The translations under genes were made by a program, and so were the position numbers. The notes below the pieces were generated by a model. The model worked only from the letters and a program-made list of their open reading frames with translations. It ran no database searches and was not told where the DNA came from. From positions 1 to 58,499 of the forward strand of contig CBDUQU010000002.1 in assembly GCA_965369445.1 (NCBI GenBank): 58,499 bases of DNA. The letters run 5' to 3'. Source of the stretch: an uncultured bacterium. Its GTDB lineage: Bacteria > Zixibacteria > MSB-5A5 > SM1-73. Shown here one piece after another: positions 30,293 to 38,688 of this stretch (positions are counted from its first letter, which is position 1; each line of letters begins with the position of its first letter).

Positions 30293-30566
30293 TTTTTTCA
30301 TGCCTCGAAAACACCTTTCACTTTGATTTCCTGCAGGCTGACAGTTCGTCCGCCGCCGAAGTCGGGGGGAGGTCGCAGGTTTGCTTCGGCTTACAGCCTC
30401 AGCACTATCGCAAATCCTGCCCCCGCTATTTTTTCATGCCTCGAAAACACCTTTCACCTTGATCTCCTGCAGGCTGGCAGTTCATCCCCCCCCGAAAGCG
30501 GGGGGAGGTCGCAGGTTTACTTCGGCTTACAGCCTCAGCACTATCGCAAATCCTGTCCCGCTATTG
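30275..30566 (+). repeat. Tandem repeat (136-bp period, about 2.1 copies) seeded in the tRNA-fMet T-loop
   Basis: caaatcctgcccccgctatttttt recurs at 30275 and 30411, and as a degenerate copy at 30547. Units are about 90% identical. Each unit contains aggtcgcaggtt, a 29-nt insert, then caaatcctgcccccgct. Confidence 0.85.
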
Positions 30567-31345
30567 AATCCTGACTAGTTACGAGGAGGGAGCCAGAGTT
30601 CAAATCGGAGACGCATCTATTTCGCATCTGATGCCCACCATTTCTTACAGCCCTTCGTGACCCAATACGGTCTAATACGGACAACGCAGATTCCGGCTGA
30701 GCACAACTGCCGAACCTGAATGCGTCGATCTAAGGGAACCCGGGATCGAATGTCCATGTCTCCTTATCGCCCGGAGCGAGCGCATTTCAGCGTGGCTGCT
30801 GCCTTGCTCCAAAAGCGAAGTTAATTGCGTCGGAATTCCAGTGTCCCGCTAAGACTTGTCGGGACCTGATTTTTCCAAAGCGCCAAAAGCCTGTAAAAAG
30901 AACTGTACAGCAACTGCCGACATAGGTTAACAGAGGTGCCCCGAATTCCGGTGCGTCGAGAATCCTTTAGGGCTGACACGAGAGTGGTTACACCGACGGC
31001 ACCTCAAAACTCCTTCGCCGCTATTAAGATAATCCTGAAAATGCCGAAAAATAGAATGGATACCGCTTTACTGACGTCCCCGTGATTCGAGTGCGAAATC
31101 GAGCTTTGTTTTGGAGACAATCTCATACTGAGTTTTCGAGATTGGGAACAGGAGCGCGCAGCATCACAAGAGGCGAGAAAATCTTTGTGTAGTGTCGGAG
31201 TTCAGGGATGGTTCTTGTGATTCGTTCCCCGCAAAGCACGCTCTAATCCTACAGATTCAATACAGCAAGAAAGAGAAAAGCGACTCTGACTGAGAGCTTT
31301 CTCTCTGAAGCGAAATGGGCTCTTATCTTTGAAAATCGGAGGAGA

Positions 31346-32941
31346 GTGAAGATGAAATCCATTCTGTATTTCATGGTCGTCCTAATCTTATTGGCCACCA
31401 ACGTCTCCTGGGCCGGTATGATGGAAACGGTTCCGGTGGGAGAAGAGGTCTACGGGTGGGTATACGAATACCTGGATGAACTTTATGCCCGGGGACTTAT
31501 CAGCGATCTTCACCTGGGGACCAAGCCCTATTTCAGGGGACAGGTTGCCCAAGAGCTTCTATCAGTACGGGAGAAAATCTACCAAGACGAAGTTTCTCTG
31601 GCATGGCCAGAGACCTATCTGCTTGAGGAGTTGGAAAAGGAATTCTCCGGCGAGTTCAATCAATTGGAGCTTCAGGCAGGCTCAGCTGACGACCAAAAGC
31701 TCCTGAAGAGATTTTCCTGGGGATTGGACTTTGAGGAAGGGTCAAGTTTCAAGTCCGGGGACAAAGCCGTCTTTCGGGAGACCCTCTGTCCTTACGTTAA
31801 GGCCCAGATCGGTCCCAATTTCTTTGCCTGCACACGGTATATGATTGACGAGAATTTGGCCAAGGATTCCGATTACGATGGAAAAGTGTGGAAAGGATTT
31901 GCCGGAGACGCGGCCCAGGCATACCTGGCGTTCAACCTGCCTTACTTCAAGATGCTCCTGGGCAGGGAGAGAATCGCTTGGGGACAAAAGTCCACCGGAG
32001 GGTTGATCCTGTCCGAGAACGCCTTTCCCTTAGATATGGTCAAAATCCAGGGGGGTTGGGGGGTTTTTCAGGGAAGCTCCTTTTTTGCATTCTTGTCTTC
32101 CCTTGGAACGACAGATTCGTCCGGGGAACTCAGTCGTGTAAGCCGCTATCTTTCCGGTCACAGAATAAGCCTAAACCTTTTTTCGAAGATTCAGTTAGGT
32201 CTCTCTGAGACGGTGGTGTACGGGGGAGAGAATCGTCAGGTGGAAGCGTACTATCTTAATCCCCTTCTATGGTACCACGGGGCGCAGCTTAATGAGAAAA
32301 GGGACGATAATACCTTCTTTGCTTTTGACTTCAATCTCCGTCCCAAGCGGGACATCGTTCTTTATGGAGAGTTCTTAATAGACGATCTTCAGATTGAGAA
32401 GAAATCCCAGGGAGACAAAGAACCGAATGAGCTGGCCTACTTCGGCGGGCTTTCCCTTCTGGATCCCTTCGGCTTGAGGGGAGCTGAGATAAACGTGGAG
32501 TATATGCACATAAACAACTGGACCTATAACCAGGTGGAGGAGAGAAACCGTTATCTTAACCGAGAAAAACTCTTGGGCAATCCCCTGGGGCCAGACACGG
32601 ACCAATTCAGCGCCAGTTTTTCTCTCTGGTTAAGGAAAGGACTTAAATCGAAGCTGAGCTATCAGAAAACAAGGAGTGGAGAGGGAAGCGTGAACTCTCC
32701 CTGGAGCCAGCCCTGGATGTCAGCCCAGGGAGAATATAAGGAGAAATTTCCCAGCGGAGTGGTGGAGACTGAGGACAACTTCGGTCTCGCCCTGCAATAC
32801 CGTCATTCGAATACTCTCGGTTGCAGGCTCAAGTGGGATTATCTCAACTTCGCGAACTACCAAAACATTGAAAATCGTGAGGAGAGCTACAACCAGGTTA
32901 GCTTGAATTTGAGCTATCACTTTCAGGGCTTGTTTCACTGA
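31346..32941 (+). CDS. Outer-membrane protein, capsule assembly Wzi-like
   Basis: Signal peptide. N-terminal YEYLDELYARGLISDLHLGTKPYFRGQVAQEL resembles the Wzi-family N-terminal helix motif. Beta-rich remainder with a C-terminal aromatic. Sits next to a sugar transferase gene. Confidence 0.5.
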   Translation: MKMKSILYFMVVLILLATNVSWAGMMETVPVGEEVYGWVYEYLDELYARGLISDLHLGTKPYFRGQVAQELLSVREKIYQDEVSLAWPETYLLEELEKEFSGEFNQLELQAGSADDQKLLKRFSWGLDFEEGSSFKSGDKAVFRETLCPYVKAQIGPNFFACTRYMIDENLAKDSDYDGKVWKGFAGDAAQAYLAFNLPYFKMLLGRERIAWGQKSTGGLILSENAFPLDMVKIQGGWGVFQGSSFFAFLSSLGTTDSSGELSRVSRYLSGHRISLNLFSKIQLGLSETVVYGGENRQVEAYYLNPLLWYHGAQLNEKRDDNTFFAFDFNLRPKRDIVLYGEFLIDDLQIEKKSQGDKEPNELAYFGGLSLLDPFGLRGAEINVEYMHINNWTYNQVEERNRYLNREKLLGNPLGPDTDQFSASFSLWLRKGLKSKLSYQKTRSGEGSVNSPWSQPWMSAQGEYKEKFPSGVVETEDNFGLALQYRHSNTLGCRLKWDYLNFANYQNIENREESYNQVSLNLSYHFQGLFH

Positions 32942-33003
32942 TTTCCTGGCAACTGCGTGAAACGATCGTGTGTTGCTGATCTTTTCTGAGAAAAAGGGGG
33001 CGT

Positions 33004-34422
33004 ATGCTAAGACGAAACCTACCGCTAATCAGAGGTTTTCACTTAGTCTTTGATCTGGGACTGACCTCTCTTTCCTTGCATCTGGCTCTTCTGCTTCGGC
33101 AGAGTCTGGCGAAGACTGCTCTATTTGATCCGCTGAACATGGACAAGCCCTATGCACTTTTGTTCTTCATCCTTCCCATCTGGGCGTTTTTTATCTTTCT
33201 GAAGCGGGAGTGTTACGAATATCGAGGCAAACCATTTCATGAGATGTTGAAGAACACCGGGGTTGTGATCCTGAAAGGTCTCGCCTTGCTTCTGGCCGTT
33301 CTTTTCTTCACAAAAACGCTGGACCAGAGCAGGGCGCTTGGCTTGATTTTCCTGTTGGTGAATTTTGTTCTTTTGTTGTCCTTCAGAGGGTTTGTCTCTC
33401 GACTCTTGGGCTACCTGCGGAAAAGAGGGTACAACTTCAAGAACATACTGATAATCGGCACCGGTTCGCCGGCAAGGGATCTCATCCGCGACGTCAAAGA
33501 CAACCCGGAATGGGGCTATCGCATTTCGGGACTTCTGGATTGGGACCATAGCCTGAAGGGGAAATATGTCGAAGGCTTTCGGGTTACCGGGAGTCTCGAC
33601 GATCTGCCTACTATCCTGAAGAACGATCACGTGGATTATGCAGTGTTTGCGGTGTGCAGGAGATTTCTGAATCGGGTGGAGGGGAGTCTCCTCACCTGCG
33701 AGGAGATGGGCGTGCCCACTTGTCTTCTGGCGGATTTCTTCCCTTTGAGATTCTCTAAGAGAAAGGTGGGGGAGTTTCAAAAGAAGCCGGCCATACTCTT
33801 TTCGACTGCGCCGGATTCGAGCGCTTCACTTCTCCTGAAACACATAAGCGACAGGCTATTCACGCTCTTGGGAATAATCCTTCTGTCGCCTCTCATGCTG
33901 TCTTTATCCTTTCTGGTCAAGTTGACCTCCAAGGGCCCTGTGCTTTTCAAGCAGAAAAGATGCGGGCTAAACGGGAGAAAGTTTACCATGCTTAAATTCC
34001 GCACCATGGTGGAGAATGCGGATCAGATGAAGGATCTTCTTGCGGACAAAAATGAGATGGACGGCCCTGCCTTTAAGATCACCGACGATCCCCGCATGAC
34101 CAGGGTGGGTCACGTCTTGCGTAAACTGAGCTTGGATGAGCTTCCCCAGCTCTTTAATGTGTTGCGGGGAGAGATGTCATTGGTGGGTCCCCGGCCGCCT
34201 CTGCCCAGGGAGGTCAGCCAGTATGATCCGTGGCAGAGGCGGAGACTCTCCATGAAGCCGGGATTAACCTGCTTGTGGCAGGTTAATGGTCGAAATAACG
34301 TCAACTTCGAGAAATGGATGAAGATGGACTTGGAATACATCGACAACTGGTCTTTGTGGCTGGACACCAAGATACTTGTCAAAACCATTCCTGCGGTGAT
34401 GCTGGCAAAAGGGGCGAAGTGA
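33004..34422 (+). CDS. Exopolysaccharide polyprenyl-phosphate glycosylphosphotransferase (WbaP/EpsB-type sugar transferase)
   Basis: Four or five N-terminal TM segments, a Rossmann-like linker, then C-terminal KRCGLNGRKFTMLKFRTM...DELPQLFNVLRGEMSLVGPRP...KPGLTCLWQVNGR. Confidence 0.85.
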   Translation: MLRRNLPLIRGFHLVFDLGLTSLSLHLALLLRQSLAKTALFDPLNMDKPYALLFFILPIWAFFIFLKRECYEYRGKPFHEMLKNTGVVILKGLALLLAVLFFTKTLDQSRALGLIFLLVNFVLLLSFRGFVSRLLGYLRKRGYNFKNILIIGTGSPARDLIRDVKDNPEWGYRISGLLDWDHSLKGKYVEGFRVTGSLDDLPTILKNDHVDYAVFAVCRRFLNRVEGSLLTCEEMGVPTCLLADFFPLRFSKRKVGEFQKKPAILFSTAPDSSASLLLKHISDRLFTLLGIILLSPLMLSLSFLVKLTSKGPVLFKQKRCGLNGRKFTMLKFRTMVENADQMKDLLADKNEMDGPAFKITDDPRMTRVGHVLRKLSLDELPQLFNVLRGEMSLVGPRPPLPREVSQYDPWQRRRLSMKPGLTCLWQVNGRNNVNFEKWMKMDLEYIDNWSLWLDTKILVKTIPAVMLAKGAK

Positions 34423-34453
34423 GGGAAGTTTCTGTGATTGGGGGGGTAGGGGA

Positions 34454-34521
34454 GGGCTGAATGCCCCCCCCCTCTGATTTACAGAGAACATCTTTTGCCG
34501 TAGCAACGGGAATTCATCCCG
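34454..34521. repeat. Composite REP-like element (R2 hairpin gggctgaatgccc plus R1 hairpin cgggaattcatcccg)
   Basis: The same two hairpins in the same order occur at 56797-56865. Their loops, TGAAT and ATTCA, are reverse complements. Confidence 0.65.
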
Positions 34522-34569
34522 CCGCAGCGAAGTGCGCTCAACTTCATGTTGCGGTGCAACCGGCGTTGA

Positions 34570-34773
34570 TCATCTGATGATGAGTTTCACCGAAGTACTT
34601 CGGCCGCAGTCGTCCTGGCAGACTAACAGATGCTCTCCAGTCTCAGGAAAGATGAAGGCCTTTTCCTCTGGTTCGCCCGACCAGATCAATTCTCCATCCA
34701 GGAACCAGAAGATCTTGTTTGCCGAGTTGTCTACCGAAGCGTCCAGGAGTATCTTTTGATATTCACGGCCCAT
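34570..34773 (-). pseudogene. Orphan fragment resembling the C-terminal domain of penicillin-binding protein 1C (BiPBP_C)
   Basis: KIFWFLDGELIWSGEPEEKAFIFPETGEHLLVCQDDCGRSTSVKLII matches the WFLDG...G.H.l...D..G pattern at the extreme C-terminus of PbpC. No transglycosylase or transpeptidase part lies upstream. Confidence 0.4.
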
Positions 34774-34807
34774 GCTCTCGCATCGTGATGGTTGCTTTCA
34801 TTAGCCT

Positions 34808-35155
34808 TCAGATGTCCCAGGACGGAGACCAGAGATAACGGTCGAAATCGATTGAATCGTTTTGATCAAACTCGATGCCCTCCTGCCGCAAAAGCTCTTT
34901 TTGAATTTCGTAGCCGTAGCCTGGTTTCAAGGCTATGCGCCCCTGGCGGTTGACGATCCTGTGCCAGGGTAACTTATCTTTATCTGAAGAGGAGTGCAAT
35001 ATCCTAACCACCTGGCGGGCTGCGCGGGGATTGCCTGCCAAGGCCGCAATCTGACCATACGTGGCAACTTTGCCTTTGGGTATCTTTTTGATAAGGTCTT
35101 TTATTCTCGGGCCAAGAGAAAGGTCCTTAGCTGGCCCTTTTCGTTTTGCCTTCAT
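34808..35155 (-). CDS. Alkyltransferase-like protein (MGMT/Ogt DNA-binding domain without the catalytic Cys)
   Basis: IPKGKVATYGQIAALAGNPRAARQV...LPWHRIVN. The PCHR active site is replaced by PWHR, as in ATL proteins. The ATG at 35155 with an aggag SD is preferred over 35233. Confidence 0.7.
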   Translation of the reverse strand: MKAKRKGPAKDLSLGPRIKDLIKKIPKGKVATYGQIAALAGNPRAARQVVRILHSSSDKDKLPWHRIVNRQGRIALKPGYGYEIQKELLRQEGIEFDQNDSIDFDRYLWSPSWDI

Positions 35156-35593
35156 GCGGGTTTGAGACTCCTGTGTTTTCCTATGATCTGATAACCGGTC
35201 AATCATCGGATACCCTGTCGGCTTTCGGGTCATTGCAATCTAAAAGGATTTTCCGATCGGACAAGTCAAAACAACTCACATGAGAGGAAAACCCTGCACA
35301 GAAGATATTGAGTCAAGCTTATCCTGAAGAACAGGCAAAAAGAAAGCTCCCTGGATAAGGGGAGCCTTCCTTGTCAAGCCGACGCCATCCCTTGACGGCG
35401 GGGTTTGAGAAACCTTTTCGCTTGGACTCGATTGAGCCAAGAAAGAGGGGCAGTTTAACGTCATGCCCGGGACTGCCTACTGCAGCCTGAACTGCAGCGC
35501 GCAACTCGAGGAATGGTGTATCGTTTCATCGCGTCCTCCTGGTTGGAGTTTGGTTTGTTTGCGGGCCGTTTAGGACCCTGGCATCTCGGTCAA

Positions 35594-35764
35594 CTACTTC
35601 TTCTCCTCACCCGGCGGGCAGCACTCCGATTTGCCCTCCTTCGCTGCTTTAAACATGGGCATGCAGCAGCAGGAGAACCACTCCTTCAGATCCTTACCGG
35701 TCACCTCGATGCGGAAGCCCTCGTCGGTCTCGGTGAACTTAATCTGTCCTTTTTCCTTTTCCAT
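35594..35764 (-). CDS. Small Cys-rich protein (56 aa), absent from the ORF track
   Basis: My own translation: MEKEKGQIKFTETDEGFRIEVTGKDLKEWFSCCCMPMFKAAKEGKSECCPPGEEKK. Strong SD aaggagg 7 nt upstream. Lies 86 nt downstream of arsR on the same strand. Confidence 0.5.
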   Translation of the reverse strand: MEKEKGQIKFTETDEGFRIEVTGKDLKEWFSCCCMPMFKAAKEGKSECCPPGEEKK

Positions 35765-35815
35765 GAGATTCACCTCCTTTTGTTCTTTAACGTCTTCATA
35801 TAGTTATATGTAGAT

Positions 35816-35825
35816 ATATCGATAT
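35816..35825. promoter_or_regulatory. Perfect palindrome ATATCGATAT between arsR and the small Cys-rich ORF (candidate operator)
   Basis: 10-bp perfect inverted repeat in the 86-nt gap. Resembles the ATATG-N2-CATAT site upstream of arsR. Confidence 0.25.
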
Positions 35826-35850
35826 TTGTTTCAAAAAAATTTGCCCCCTC

Positions 35851-36165
35851 CTACTTTTTTTTCCTCTTGACGGAGCGCTTTCGAGTTTCCAGCCCGTCAC
35901 AGAAGCAAACGCAGCAGTTTTGAACCGCCTTTTTGTTTAAGCTGTAATAGACCCTTTGTCCATCCCGGCGGTCGACGGCGATTCCGGCTTCCCGGAGTAT
36001 GGCCAGATGCCGGCTCACCGTGGGCTGGGAGAGACGCACCGCCTTGACTATCTCGTTGACGGTCATCTCCTTAGACGACAGAAGCTGCAATATCCGCAGC
36101 CGGGAACGATCGGAGAAGGCCTTGAAGTATTTGCTGAAGGTTTTCTCGTTCATCTTCATCGCCAC
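35851..36165 (-). CDS. ArsR/SmtB family metalloregulator
   Basis: FKAFSDRSRLRILQLL...MTVNEIVKAVRLSQPTVSRHLAILREAG wHTH. C-terminal Cys cluster NCCVCFCDG. Confidence 0.85.
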   Translation of the reverse strand: MAMKMNEKTFSKYFKAFSDRSRLRILQLLSSKEMTVNEIVKAVRLSQPTVSRHLAILREAGIAVDRRDGQRVYYSLNKKAVQNCCVCFCDGLETRKRSVKRKKK

Positions 36166-36214
36166 CGCTCCGTTTCAAGCAGGACCATTTGCTTTGTGCA
36201 TCTAAATAGTACAA

Positions 36215-36226
36215 ATATGAACATAT
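36215..36226. promoter_or_regulatory. Candidate ArsR operator ATATGAACATAT
   Basis: ATATG-N2-CATAT inverted repeat 50 nt upstream of the arsR start, in the divergent intergenic region. Confidence 0.3.
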
Positions 36227-36373
36227 CTCCTTTTTGTCAAGAAGTTTTTGCGCGCTACGGCAGGCAAGATATTTGAGTTGGTGTTCTTCGGGAAATATTG
36301 ACTTGGGCAGAGAATTCTCATATAATAGAACAGCCGTCGGTTGTGACACAACATCTTTCACGGAGGTTGCATT

Positions 36374-36772
36374 ATGAACGACGAAGGGCTTGGTGAGCAA
36401 AGCGCCAAGAACTTAGAGGAGGAGAGGGCGTTCCAGAGGCGCCATATGGCCGGGAAGTTGGACGCGGTGGGATGGGGGCTGTTCTTCATCTGGGTGGGGA
36501 TTGCGTTTTTGGCGGACCTGGGCTGGGGGGTGGGTCTGGTGGGCGTGGGCGTGCTTGGCTTAGGTGAGCAGGTGGCTCGCAGACATTACCATCTGAACAT
36601 TGAAGGGTTCTGGGTGGTTGTCAGTTTCCTGTTCATAGTGGGCGGTATTTGGACGCTCTTGGATGCGCAAGTCGCCCTGGTGCCGCTCCTGCTGATCGTG
36701 GCTGGCCTGGCCGTGCTTGTGTCGGCCTTCTGGGGCAAACCACGATCAGAAGATGATTCCTGTGGTCAGTGA
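36374..36772 (+). CDS. Small membrane protein, unknown function
   Basis: Three or four Gly/Val/Leu-rich TM segments. Divergent from arsR. Confidence 0.5.
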   Translation: MNDEGLGEQSAKNLEEERAFQRRHMAGKLDAVGWGLFFIWVGIAFLADLGWGVGLVGVGVLGLGEQVARRHYHLNIEGFWVVVSFLFIVGGIWTLLDAQVALVPLLLIVAGLAVLVSAFWGKPRSEDDSCGQ

Positions 36773-37043
36773 TTCATTGCATTCGGGTAGACGCAGATTC
36801 TTCCAGGCGTCCCAAGGCGCGATCTGAGCATTCCCGGCAAGATGAGGGCGGAAATTCCCCAGAAGCTCTTTGGTCTGCGCGCTTCGATCAGGACAAGCTC
36901 TAATGCACAGGCTCCCAGCAGTTTAGCTCTCAATCTGCCCCCCTCGGTCTCTCAGCGTGCCCTAAGCAGATGACTTGTATCATAACCTCCCCCTGATCGG
37001 CACATCTTGTGTAAAAAAAATGTCTTGACCCCCATATTTTGTC

Positions 37044-37072
37044 TTGACAAGCGAAATGCGATTGGTTAGATT
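37044..37072 (+). promoter_or_regulatory. Putative sigma70-type promoter
   Basis: TTGACA, 17-nt spacer, TAGATT. No ORF for about 300 nt downstream. Confidence 0.4.
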
Positions 37073-37375
37073 ATAAGAGTTCAATGGGCAACTAAGATTC
37101 GACTCCTATGGAAGACGTTTCGAATAGCGATTGTAGAGGGAGGCTCACTTTGAGATTCGGGGGAAGATCTCAGACACGCCAACCAGATAGTTCATTTCCG
37201 CGTTTATTCCTGTCCCGTTGTAGGGATTCATTGAGGGGGGAATTTCGCTTCTTAATTCACAGATTGCCCCTTCCTGTGAAGAAATCCCCGTTAAAGTATT
37301 CTCTGAGATCTTCCCCTTTGAGATTGCTGCTTTGAGTCCCCGAACTCGAAAAGTCTTTTGGGGAAGGAGGAAGCA

Positions 37376-37555
37376 GTGCCAAGAAAGCCATCGAAGTACC
37401 AGGAAAGGATCAAGGTCCTGCGCAAGCAGGCAGACCGTGGCAGCAATAGAGCCATGGAGGAATTGCACAAGAGATACCACATAAACGAGATGATGATCAA
37501 CGGCGAGGTGATCAACCTGAAAGACAGATTCGTGGAATCTCTGAGCAGGTTCTAA
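37376..37555 (+). CDS. Small basic hypothetical protein (59 aa from the GTG start)
   Basis: SD gaaggagg 5 nt before the GTG at 37376. VPRKPSKYQERIKVLRKQADRGSNRAMEELHKRYHINEMMINGEVINLKDRFVESLSRF. No family recognised. Confidence 0.35.
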   Translation: MPRKPSKYQERIKVLRKQADRGSNRAMEELHKRYHINEMMINGEVINLKDRFVESLSRF

Positions 37556-37842
37556 AAATAACCAAGAAGCCAGGATCTCAAGACTTGGGGGACGGCAAAC
37601 GCCTATCCTGATACATCGGGAATGGGAATTTATCAAGCTTTCTTTGTATCTGTATCTCCTTTCCTTCGACCCTGCCTCGCACTGAGTGCGCTCGGCACGA
37701 AGTGAGGTCTTCCTTCGACATCCCGCCTGTGACGGGAGACGAAGCGCAGGATGAATCCTTCAGTATAAATCCTAATGCCGATGCATCAAGTTTTTCTCCC
37801 TCCTGAAGCCAACCCGCCGAAATGGAAATACCGTCACAGATG

Positions 37843-37871
37843 TTGACTTCAACTTAGGATTCTGATATACT
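37843..37871 (+). promoter_or_regulatory. Consensus-like promoter, copy 1 of a duplicated promoter/leader
   Basis: TTGACT, 17-nt spacer, TATACT. The surrounding roughly 165 bp (37796-37962) aligns with 39653-39820. Confidence 0.5.
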
Positions 37872-37957
37872 GAGTTCGACTTTGCCCGATGAGGAGTGGA
37901 AGAAACATGTGAGTTTGCCAGCCATGTGTGGCTCATTCGCGAGATATGGAAAGTAGA

Positions 37958-38038
37958 ATGAACGTGATGTTAACGAAAACGTCGATGTCGGCAATGCTCT
38001 TAGTGCCATGTCGAGGATTGTTCCAGGAGATTGTTTGA
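37958..38038 (+). pseudogene. 26-codon remnant of a lipoprotein/SBP signal peptide
   Basis: MNVMLTKTSMSAMLLVPCRGLFQEIV* occupies the position that, in copy 2 of the leader, starts the ABC substrate-binding protein (MRRNSIKTLMLLVFF...). Confidence 0.3.
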
Positions 38039-38061
38039 CCAACGGGTGGGTGGTATAAAAG

Positions 38062-38688
38062 ATGACACGCAAGCGGAGTATTCTTGCTGGCTTCACCGAT
38101 TACACTGGCTATTCGATGGGGGACATTATCGCTCATCTGCGGGATTGGAAGCGGAATACAGAGGAGGTTCGTGAGCTACTGAGACGGCACCTTGAAGCTG
38201 TTCAGAATAACCTTGATCGCTTAGATAGTCCAGGAGATATCGAGAGTTACATTCGCTTCTTCCTTGACCTATACGGTCGCTTCCAGGACGACTTTGAACG
38301 ACTCCTCAAGGAACTGCCGAATGGAGTGCGATCTCGCCACGTCCAGATCGTCACACAGATCTACGACGGGAGTCGGAGAGCAGACCGATTGTGCCGGGGC
38401 TTTAAGGAAGATCACATTGAGCGAGTACTAAAGGACGAGAGCCTGAGATACTCGCTTATCGATCAAATTTACGGTGACACTCGCGAAATGTTGAGTGACT
38501 ATCGAGACCTTGCCAACCTGGCGCACAGGCTGAAGACGTTCGTAGAGGAAGGAACTCAGGCCGCGAGCGAGGGCGTCCTTGACGGACTCGACCTCAAACC
38601 CAATCTCTGGGGCATCGGTGTGGATGTCAAGCACTGGATCAAGAAAGCTCTGAACTGGTTCAAAGCAAGGAAGAGAATCCAAGAGTAA
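38062..38688 (+). CDS. Hypothetical all-alpha protein (208 aa) with an amphipathic basic C-terminus
   Basis: Coding-like composition and no recognised domain. C-terminal LDLKPNLWGIGVDVKHWIKKALNWFKARKR. Confidence 0.55.
   Translation: MTRKRSILAGFTDYTGYSMGDIIAHLRDWKRNTEEVRELLRRHLEAVQNNLDRLDSPGDIESYIRFFLDLYGRFQDDFERLLKELPNGVRSRHVQIVTQIYDGSRRADRLCRGFKEDHIERVLKDESLRYSLIDQIYGDTREMLSDYRDLANLAHRLKTFVEEGTQAASEGVLDGLDLKPNLWGIGVDVKHWIKKALNWFKARKRIQE

Noticed and set aside
30323-30578. ORFs of 83 aa and 65 aa inside the tRNA-fMet tandem repeat
   Set aside because: Both are translations of the 136-bp repeat units, so their peptides are internally duplicated. There is no SD and no coding signature.
37145-37636. 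163-aa minus-strand ORF
   Set aside because: It overlaps the structured leader and the small + strand ORF. It has no SD, an odd composition and no motif.
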